This document shows, in pieces, positions 50,548-60,165 of a DNA stretch of 64,000 bases. Within the stretch, counting starts at the first letter, position 1; the number at the start of each line of letters is the position of its first letter. The notes below the pieces were generated by a model, which was given only the letters and a program-made list of their open reading frames with translations, did not search any database and was not told the DNA's origin. This DNA comes from Lama glama (taxonomy: Eukaryota): assembly GCA_028534125.1 (NCBI GenBank), contig CM052816.1:24306001-24370000 (forward strand). The letters run 5' to 3'. Position numbers and translations under genes: made by a program.

Positions 50548-52034
50548 TGCTAAGTTAGTTTTAATAAAATGTATTCAGAATTCTCAAGGGACAGAAACTG
50601 AGGTCAGCTTGTCACTGCACATCTGTCGCGTATTAACTGAGAACCTACTGTGTTCCACCAAGTCGGGGCACAGGGAAAAGTGGGCCAGGCTCCCAGATCT
50701 GCTTCCAGGGAAAATCTAAACTGCCAAGGGAGTCAGGGTGCTGCAAGGTCAGCACCCTTATTTAAGAATCTGGGTTTCTGAATTCTTGCAATTTTAGTTT
50801 TCAAATACTTTACTGCTAGGACATCTGAACAAGAGAGAGCCCGAGCCTCTTCTCAGTGTCACTTGGTTTATCTGCTGAGCCTCTGTAAAATTAGGATAAA
50901 AATGCCTGGTTTCTACTCTCCGTTTCTTAGCGATATTAAGCAAGAAAATGTTAATTAGTAAGAGCTCTTTGAATCTCTTTGAAGCTGCCGAGATGTCTGA
51001 CATAGCGTGACTACACGTAGCAGGGTTAATATTGTTTGCACTTGATCGTTCTGGTATTTATATTAAAGTTTTATAATACTGTGTTTAACATTCATGGGCT
51101 GGTTGGCTTCCCATTATTTATTTTTCAATATTTGTTCGGGTCCATTTTTGAGCTGGGTTGACTTCTTTCAGCATCACAGCCCATTTTTAAGGTGGGCTAT
51201 CATTGGAAAGTGGTATGTTAGGGTTCCAGGTCATTTACTATTTGCCTCAGGCACACAGTCAAGGAAGGGCACCTCCCAGAAAACCGTCTTCTGTGCCTCT
51301 GACCTCCCATCCCTTGTGCTCACTCCTGAAGGCTTTGGCTGGCCCTTGCACAGCTCTTTCCTCAGCTGGCTTGCCCTCTTTGCATCTCTTCTGTCTCTTG
51401 TGCCTGCCCTTGAGCATGGCCTTCCGTCTCTCTCCAGTCAGATCCACCTACTCTTGTCCACCATGTCATGGCCCCTTCCCTCCCACAATAGTTTTGTGGG
51501 AATTGCTACTCTGGCCCCTCAGGGCATCTGCCCAGCAGCCCATAGCGCTCCCACTTGGGGACAAGCACACAGTCCCCGGGATGAGATGGAAGACGGCCAA
51601 CCAGTGTCTCTCCCACCTCACCCCATCACCTGTGTGTGACCTCATTCTTTCCCTGGGCTCCTTGGCCTCTGTCATTATTACATGGGATAGTGAGATGAGA
51701 ATACCAAATTATTTGGGCGCACGTTTCTGCTATAATCCAAGAAAACAGCACCAGACCTCATCACCAGTAAGCACTGACACCAATATGTAAGTATGACGTC
51801 TCCTGGCTCACGGAAAACATTTCAGCAGACGTTCAGCAATTCCCCAAGTGGGAGGACAACAACCTGTTCCCTGTCCTGCAGGAATTCTCATCTCTAGTCT
51901 CTCAAAAAGCACAACGTTTTCCCACCCTTCTGGGAGCTGGTTCAGTCAAGATGGCAGCGCAATTAAGATGTCAGAGTCACTTCCAAGTAGGAGGTTCAGG
52001 TCCTAAAACATAAGGGAGGGAGCATCACAGAGTT

Positions 52035-52612
52035 CATGGGGGGTGCGGGCAAGACGACGGTCAGGCTCAACGACTGACCCACACGACCCAGCAAAGCTCT
52101 TACACTCATGGTTAGCGATTATTACAAAAAGGGATGCCAGTTAAAAGCAACAGAGGGAAGCGGGGCATTGGACAACGTCCCGGAGAAACTAGCCACAAGC
52201 TCCCAGATGCGCCCTCCCAATAAAGCCACACAGATGTGCTTGCTTTTTCCAGCAACAGTCTGCGACATCCGCCAAGCTGATCAATCAGGGGCACTCACCC
52301 GAGCCTTGGTGTCCAGGGATGACTGGGGTCAGTCACACAGGCATTCGTGCCACGTGACTGGCCTCAGCTACTCAGGCCCCAGCCCTGACAGCAAACCGAG
52401 GCGTTCCGCGTCAATCACACTGTTGGCATAAACTAGCTGCGACGCTGGTACCACGGGCCCGAGGCCTCGGGCATACAGAAGACGCTTAGCAGGCAGACTG
52501 TTACAAGGACTCAGAGCTCAGCTCTTAGAAGCTCATCTTAAAAACAGGGCCTCCTTGGGAATGTGCTGGATTTGCGCACCCGGGCCTGCTGAGCTAACCT
52601 GTCCCTGCACAC
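52035..52612 (-). mobile_element. MER21C-like ERVL LTR
   Basis: aaagctcttacactcatggtta..ctcacccgagccttggtgtccaggg..ggggtcagtcac..ggcctgctgagctaacc. Confidence 0.75.
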
Positions 52613-53006
52613 ATCCCCAGGGTCAAGGCACTGGAAGGCTCTGGCCACGGGACAGCTCTTCCTGCACCTGAGCTGTCACCTTCCAAAAATAACATCGTCT
52701 CTGCCCGCCACACAGGGTCACTGTGGTTCGCAATAATAACCACCGAACTCTTTTCAAAACCAGCAGGCCAGTTACAGCAAGGATGCTTTTATTATTTTTT
52801 GTTGTTATTATCATCATCATAAACACTATTATTTAGGGGTTGGGACATGGGCATGACGCCTTAATACTTCCTTGTGATCTCAGAACAGGTCAGAAGCACC
52901 TTTTCCCAGATTCTGAAGACAAAGACAACCTCAGAGTAGCGTGTCCCCATGCCTCCCTGGCATTTAACCTTGTCCTTGCTTTTCTCTCTCTCCCTTCCCC
53001 TGGCAG

Positions 53007-53216
53007 TGGCTCAGAAACCCAGGCCCCCAGCACGAGAAGCGGACTCTGTTCGGAGACATGGTGTGCTTCTTGTTCATAACTCCGCTGGCCACCATCTCGG
53101 GCTGGCTCTGCCTGCGGGGCGCCGTGGACCACCTGCACTTTAGCAGTCGGCTCGAAGCCGTCGGACTGATTGCACTCACTGTTGCACTCTTCACTATTTA
53201 CCTCTTTTGGACACTA
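53007..53216 (+). CDS. MARCHF3: MARCHF3 coding exon, two transmembrane helices
   Basis: Long polypyrimidine acceptor ending tggcag, donor CTA|gtaagt, 210 nt. Encodes [70 protein letters not shown]. Confidence 0.98.
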
Positions 53217-53373
53217 GTAAGTATGGCCCAGGGCCCAGGGGTTCAGGGTAGCTGGAGCGGCAGCCCCATGGCCTGCACAGCCGCCCCTCTTGTCTGTAGC
53301 ACATCTCACCTGCCCGGTAGCAGACAGACCTGCAGATGCTGGCAAGAGTGTGTGGTTTGGTATACTACTGCCT

Positions 53374-53426
53374 GTGAGTGTGTGAGTGTGAGTGTGAGAG
53401 AGTGTGTGTGTGTGTGTGTGTGCGTG
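53374..53426. repeat. Imperfect (TG)n/(GAGTGT)n microsatellite downstream of the TM exon
   Basis: Directly visible. Confidence 0.9.
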
Positions 53427-54569
53427 CTGCTGGGAAGAGCAGATGAGGTAAAGAAAAAGCCCGCCCTTCTGTGAGTTCACTAAAGACATACACCCTGGAC
53501 GCCTCTCTCCTCTACTAGCCTGGGACTCCATCTGTTAGAGGCCCTGGCGATTCCTTTCTCTCATTTACACACCTCACTTTTGCTGGGATCGGAGGGTGTG
53601 ACAAATGATGTGCTTGGCCCCCGTGGCTGTCACTGCCTGCACGGATCACGAATCCTCCTGCTGGTCATTTCCCTCTTTCGTCCCGACTCCGCCCCAAGTC
53701 TTTGTTGGACGTGGAGCTTCACTTCACCTGCTGATTATTCTGCGTTGGGATATTGACTGCACTGCCCATAAAAACACTCATTTATCTAGCTGAGAAGCTG
53801 CCACCAAAGAAAAACCGTTTCCCAATAAGTGCTCCTGCTGTATATGAGGAAAAATGTTAAACACCTCTGGGGTTTTTTGTGTGTAACTTCAAGACTGCTT
53901 GGGCACCAGTTAGCAGCACCCACAAAGTGCAGCATTTGCTCTCTCCTGGTGTCGCCCTTTGAGACCTGCAGGGAGGAACGTCGCGTTCCTCCAGAATGTT
54001 TTCAGACGCCAGGCCCCTGCTTCCTGGCATGACTCTCCGTGGCTGCTCATCTCTAATCTGAGCACGTTCCATTGTTATTCAATAGGCATTTCCTGTCTAG
54101 ACTGTACATTCCCATATCCCACAGCACGGTGTCTGCACGTGGAAGCTTCCAGTGCTCACACTTGCTTCCTTGCTCTGTCTCCCAGCCCTGTGCCAACAGC
54201 TGCCATTCCTGCCACGCTGAGCACAACCCCCTGCTCATCTCATTTCCCTCTCGTTCAGCTCTGTGCCTCCTGTCAGGTCAGAGTGTTCAGACCGTAAGTG
54301 GGGGGACACACTTCAATCTCCGTAAGAGGGGCGTGACTTAAGCCTTGGTAAATAAGGAGCATTCCAATGTTTGCAAATTTTATCTGAGTCCTTTGATTAG
54401 ACATTCTGTCCACAGCCTAATGAAGCCCCCAAGCAAAGCTATTACTGCCTCCTTTAAACATCTATGCTTCCAAAGTGTGTCCTGATTCATTGTGAATCAA
54501 GCAACGAGGCTGACTCAGAAGTCACAAGGACACTGTGATGGGAAGAGGGTTATAAATAAGAAATTAAAT

Positions 54570-54750
54570 TGTCTGCTTACCACTGTCTAACTCCTTGTCA
54601 GCTGCACCACCTTGGGAAAGTCATTTCACTTCTCTGAGCCTCAGTGTCCTCATCTGTAAAGTGGGGATGATAGTAATATCCATCCTACCAATGTCCCCTG
54701 GCCTTAAGACACTTAAGTGAAAGCGTACATGGAAGGCACTTTGGAAAATC
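54570..54750 (+). mobile_element. MIR SINE
   Basis: ccttgggaaagtcatttcacttctctgagcctcagtgtcctcatctgtaaagtggggatgatagta. Confidence 0.85.
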
Positions 54751-57149
54751 TTAAGTCTAAGTTTTTACCATTTTATTTTTAGAGGTTTGCTAGTCTATGA
54801 TTTTTCTTAAAAGAGTTCCTAAGATGAAGGATGGGTAGAGATGTAGGCTTAAATGCTGGACTTTCAAACCAACTTAAGGCCTTTTTGAAAACCTGCTTTG
54901 TAAAGTATACACTTACTTAACAAGAAAGAAGAAAAGAGGTGGGCAGGCAGAAGGAAGAAAAGGGAAAAAGAGATTACCTAGAGGAAAATGGATGCGATCC
55001 TGTTTCATCTCAGGTGAAAGGAAGGTTTGGATGCAGAAGTTACCTGGAATGGCTCTTTCAGGGGACTGTTAATATACTTCATTCCCAAAATGTTTCCAAG
55101 AGGCAGTGGTGCTGGTAAAAAACACGTGCATTCAGAATCTAAAAGCTCTGTATTTAAAGCCAAGATTTAGCATCCTGATAGCTGTGTAACTTCAAATGGG
55201 TACCTAACCTCTCTGGTCATCTTTCTCCTTATGCAAAAATTTGAGGAAACAATTGCTAACCCCTGAGTCAATGGTATATCGTGGGGCTGGGGTGGGATAA
55301 CTTGAACAGACATCAGAGCACCTGGCACAGGCACGGGTTTTCTTCCTCTGGCTGCTGTGCCCCGCCCCTCGCACTGCCCGCCAGCCCTCTCTGTAAAATG
55401 CAGAGCAGCTGGAGGGGAAAGAAAGGCGTCTCTCTCCTTTGGTGTGAAAAACACAGAGCGGCCACAGCTCAGCAATAGGTTATTGAATCTAGACTAACTC
55501 CTTCCCAGATAAATGCTGTACTGAGCAGCCCTGGCAAGAGCCGTAATTCAGAAGCTGACAGCACTTGGAAACTGCCCTCCGGCAGAAACCCATTGTAAAC
55601 AAGCTGTCAAGCTTAAGGAGAATATGCTGTGAAATGTCTTAGATAAACAAACACAGTGTCAGTCCAGCCCTGCTCCTCGGAGGAGCCTTCCTGGAAGGGG
55701 CTCGCTGGGTGCTGTCAAGTGGGATGCGCACCCGCGCTGCTGGCCTGGAGCTGCCTTTGGAGCTCCTGGCCTCCACCGGGGCTCAGGCTTGATGCAAACT
55801 CAGGGGAACCTTCTGGAACCTGCTGTGCAGAAAGCAAGTGTCTGGGACCTTGGCCTTGGCCACTTCCAGCCTGAGAGCTCAGGGGAGAGGTGCCCCAGAA
55901 GCATCACTTTTCACATCACAGACCATTTGAAGTTCACAAACAGACAGAGGAGAGTTAGATGAGAACTGAGTCCCAATAAAGCATTTAGAAAGTGCCCACA
56001 GTGGGACTCATATTAGCCTAGTGTCACGGTGCCCACAAGCAGTTACCCACAGGAGGTCCTGCCATCCCCCGCATCGCCAGAACAGCCAGTGCCCAAAACA
56101 GAAGCCTGTTATATCACAGAACGAAATGAATGAATGATCAGCTCCTCTGGCTGACTCCCAGTCCCATGGGGTAATCATTCAAACTCTCTTTACGAAGGGG
56201 GAAGCTCCAATAGAACAAGGCTCACTGAGACGATGGTGTAGACACACCCTGAGGGTGTTGAGTGTGAGCCCATGTGACTGATTTACTCCCACACAGCCCT
56301 CTTCTCCTCCACGGTGCAATCACAGATTGCTGAGCGGGGCCACTTTGGGGAAGACAACTTTCAAAGCCCTGGCCCCCCAGTACGCTTCGGTCTCACCATA
56401 AACTCCCAAGAGAAAGGGCAGAATCAAAATACATAACGAGAAGATTTCCCAAAGCCTGACGTGACTTGACAGCAAATCTTCGGCCACAGCCTGTCACCTC
56501 AGGGAGAGGTGGATGCTAACATACTCTGGCCCACTTTGTGCCATGCACGTGACCACAACTCTGTACAGACCTTGCCCGTGATGAGAGGTTAATAAATATC
56601 CTTTAGATGAAGAAATGAAGACAATTCAAGAAACCCATCCCATACGGCGTGTTAGTTTTAGAAGGGTGGACCTGTGCTTTCTTCCTCCTCTCTCCTTAAA
56701 ACCTCAGAAATTTAAGAATTCCTAAATGAAGTTCCCAATGTTACTACTGCCATAGCTTCTTTGTGGTGTATGTTTTTAATTTCTTCCTCACTGCCTCTTT
56801 ATTTCTCTAAATCAAACTTCCTTTATTTCTCTTCTGTTCCACTGGGGGAAGGAGTGGCTTGGAGCTCCGAGGCTGGAGCCAGGCCTACCCAGGGCGATTG
56901 CAAACCCATCATCCTTCTGCACTGCACCTACCTTCCTTTATGTTCCCCGATGCAGCGTCATCTTCATGTGATGCTTTCTTCTTATTGATTGAATTTGCCT
57001 GCACAATGTGGTGGTGAACAGCAGTTAAGACAGATTAACGCGCAGCAAGATTTCGTTCGTTTGTCTGAACAAGCAGGCCGATTTTTGTACTTCCCAGCCA
57101 GGGAACCAGGAGACCTGCTAAGTCGTTGACTCCCCGCGTTCCTTGAAGC

Positions 57150-57305
57150 CGAGCTTCTCCCTCCCGCTTGAGTGTACATGCGAATCACCTGCGGATCTTG
57201 TTAAACTGCACGCTCTGATCCCGTAGATCTGGGCGGCGCCCACGATTCCGACATTCTAACAAGCTCCCAGGGGGTGCAGCCTCCACGGCCACACTGAAAG
57301 CAAGG
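57150..57305. mobile_element. MER5-like hAT-Charlie element
   Basis: gaatcacctgcggatcttgttaaactgca..tctgat..ttctaacaagctcccaggg. Confidence 0.75.
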
Positions 57306-58379
57306 CTTCAAAAAGGGATACAGCCCAACCTCTCTTCCCTCCCCTTCTCTCCCCCCAGTTCCCCGTATCTAGGAAGGAGCGCCACAAAATTACCTTGTTT
57401 TCCATACTCGGCACTAACACGCGACAGTGACTGTGCTAAGTGCTTTTTGTGCATGCTCTCTGCCATCATTATTCACATTTTACAAACGAGGAAACAGACT
57501 TGGAGGAGGCAAACCACCCTCCCAAAGTCACGGAGCCGCTAAGAGGAGGACGCGGCTCCAGCCAGGTGTGCCTGCCCGGAGCCCGTGGGCTGCTCCCTGC
57601 GTGGTGGTTCCGCCTACTGACCGAGCATGCGCAGCTCTTCAACATCCCGGGCGCAGGGGCTTCGGATTTCAAATCCAGCTTTCCTGGAATATTTCCAGAT
57701 ACCAGACTTCTCGCACTGCCACAGCTCTTCATGAGTGCTCGCCTGTGTCCTACCTCTTCCCTGCGCTCAGCCCTGAGCAGCACGCTTTCCAGCCTGCCTC
57801 TAATATTCATGAGTATCACCAAGCAGCAGCAGGACAGAATAGGTACGAGAGAATCAAGCTTAAAAAAAGAAAAGAAAAGGGGAAAACCTCTGATCCACTT
57901 TGGCATGTTCAGAGCCTTTTGGAGAAAAGCACGTCCGTGTAAGTTTAAAAGCTTGTGTTTTCATACTCAAATCTCTCCGGCACTCGGCCTGTGGCATCTG
58001 CTTTCTAGCCTCAGAAATTTGAGTGAGTGGCCTTGGATTCCATGATCCTGCCATAAAGATGAACAAGCCCTTTCTGATCAAGGGCCTGCATTCCCCTCTA
58101 CTTCTGGAAACACTGAGCTCAAACCATTGGGTCAGCCCACTCTTTGGCCAGTGTGGACCCTGTACTAGGGTCAACGTGACCCACCCACCTCAGGTGGTTA
58201 AACAGTCCATTATGGGATAATTTGTCACCCTAAGGTCATGGGCACCTTCCTCCCCAGCACTCACCCAGTCATCTGGCTGCACTAGAACTGCACTCCATTT
58301 TTAAAGGCAGTTTGTACATCTTCACAAGTTAAAGCTCTGAATTTCCTGGGCAGTGCATCAATGAGTTGTGGCAGCTTTC

Positions 58380-58442
58380 GGAAGGAAGGAAGGAAGGAAG
58401 GAAGGAAGGGAGGGAGGGAGGGAGGGAGGAAGGAAGGAAGGA
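58380..58442. repeat. (GGAA)n(GGGA)n(GGAA)n purine microsatellite
   Basis: Directly visible. Confidence 0.95.
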
Positions 58443-58902
58443 CCCACAGATGTAAGCGTCTCATTCCAGTATACTTACACAAGAAGCAAGAAATTTGGGG
58501 ACACAGTTATGTCACAACTGATGATGAATCTACTGCTCGTACTGTTGTGAATTATGTAAGTGAGGCCTGAGTCTAAAGCAGCGTTGCAATTAGAAAGCAC
58601 AGGATATTTTATTCACTCGTCCACTCACTCAGCAAACTTAACTGAGCAACTTCCTAAGTGCCAGACACTGACAGGTGCAGGGCACACAAACATGAATACA
58701 ACATAAGCCCTGCCCTCAAGATGCTGCTGGTGCAGGGAGAGAGAGGAGCAAATGAAGTGATGTACAGGGCTCTGATGCCAAGCTGTGGTATGCACAGGTG
58801 CTGTGGCTCAGGAAGAATTCATCAGGGGAGCTGGTGCCCCTACCGAGGCTCCCCCACTGGAAGCCATGCAAGACTGGAGCTGGAGGCAATGGGGATCGAC
58901 CA

Positions 58903-59037
58903 CAGGGACTGCCAAGTACAGTTGTGCAGGTTGTGCATGGCACAATTGGAAAGGAGCCCTTCCTATCACAGTCCATGTGAATAGGGTCCTTTGAGTTGTG
59001 CAGTGTCCAACCTGCAGAGCAGTGCATGAAGCCCCAG
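58903..59037. mobile_element. MER91-like hAT-Tip100 palindromic MITE
   Basis: Inverted arms gtacagttgtgcaggttgtgcatggcacaa and ttgtgcagtgtccaacctgcagagcagtgca. Confidence 0.75.
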
Positions 59038-59246
59038 CAACCTTCTATTTAACATCAGAGAGAAATCTGACAATGAGAAAGGAACGTTGCCCAGCCCCTC
59101 AACTTCCTGCTACAGCAGTTTCTCCAGGGGCTCTCGCCCCACGGTGCTGCTGTTTGGAGCTGTTTTAAATGACGTTTGTTGCTTGGAGTGATTATCACCT
59201 TCCGTTTACCTGAAACCTTCCCTTATTTTTCCTCTCCTAACCCCAG

Positions 59247-59405
59247 GTGTCCTTTAGGTACCACTGTCGATTGTACAACGAATGGCGTCGGACCAATCAG
59301 AGGGTGATTCTCCTCATTCCAAAGTCTGTCAACGTACCTTCCAACCAGCAGTCCTTGCTGGGCCTCCACTCTGTCAAGAGGAACTCAAAGGAGACAATTG
59401 TTTGA
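59247..59405 (+). CDS. MARCHF3: MARCHF3 last coding exon: cytoplasmic tail ending in class I PDZ-binding motif ETIV
   Basis: Acceptor cctctcctaaccccag. Reads VSFRYHCRLYNEWRRTNQRVILLIPKSVNVPSNQQSLLGLHSVKRNSKETIV then TGA at 59403-59405. Not in the ORF track (no ATG, under 60 aa). Total CDS 188+205+210+159 = 762 nt. Confidence 0.97.
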   Translation: MSFRYHCRLYNEWRRTNQRVILLIPKSVNVPSNQQSLLGLHSVKRNSKETIV

Positions 59406-60165
59406 AATCTGTGTGGTTGGTTGGTTGATTCGTTGTTTGGGGTTTGGAAGTTTCTGCACTGGGGCTCTGTGCTGAGCCATCCCCAAACCCGTCCTCAAGC
59501 CCATGGGTCGAAGAACATCCAGAGCCATGTTATCCCATCGCCCTGAGCAACGGACTCCACCTGAAGGACGCAAATGCTGGTTGACTTCAAATGATGGATG
59601 CTGCAATCATATATTTGCTAAGCTGCCAAACATGTATTTAGCAGATACTGTATGGAATTTTCTCAACACCTCTTTAACATATGAGGAAGGTTGTCCTGCT
59701 AAGGATGCAATTCAATTCTTCCTCTTTTATTACTATTTCAAATATATATATATATATATAAAATTTAGATAATAATCAAAATTGAAAAGCCAATGTTAAA
59801 AGTGGTTTCATGGTTTGGATGGGTTTTGTTTGGGCTCGTTGGTTGCTTCCCAGTTTCTACTGTAGATTCTTTGGGTCATTTGATAGCTTGAGTGGTCTTT
59901 TCCATGTCCCTTACTCAAGAGGACAGCAGAACAACTGCAGAACAAGTCATATTTGAAGGATGTTTTGTACTAAACTTCATTTAATTATTCAGTTTTTAAA
60001 GGGAAAAAAAAGCGTAGCAACTCTCCTCACAGTGAGCTGTTTATTTAAATTTCATTAAGGGGGAAAAAATTATGGTGAGAAGCACGCTCCTTTCAACCTG
60101 TTTGGTACTGACAAGCTGATAGAAGCTATTTTCTAATAATAAATATCCAGTGTGTGAAAGACAAA
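59406..60165 (+). other. MARCHF3: MARCHF3 3'UTR (3' end approximate)
   Basis: AT-rich sequence with no recognisable transposon, from the stop codon to the first AATAAA. Confidence 0.7.
60138..60143 (+). terminator. Polyadenylation signal AATAAA
   Basis: AATAAA in taataataaatatcc, with a T-run about 40 nt downstream (60185-60192) and TGTA motifs upstream. Confidence 0.7.

Noticed and set aside
51094..51790. Overlapping 181-aa and 195-aa ORFs
   Set aside because: CT-rich, stop-poor sequence with no recognisable homology.
57427..58045. Overlapping 171, 201 and 145-aa ORFs
   Set aside because: They start in a MIR and run through GC-rich sequence. Open frames on both strands reflect composition.
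59247..59257. Alternative acceptor cctttag 11 nt into the last exon
   Set aside because: It would frameshift the tail. The upstream AG has the polypyrimidine tract and gives the expected VSFRYH sequence.
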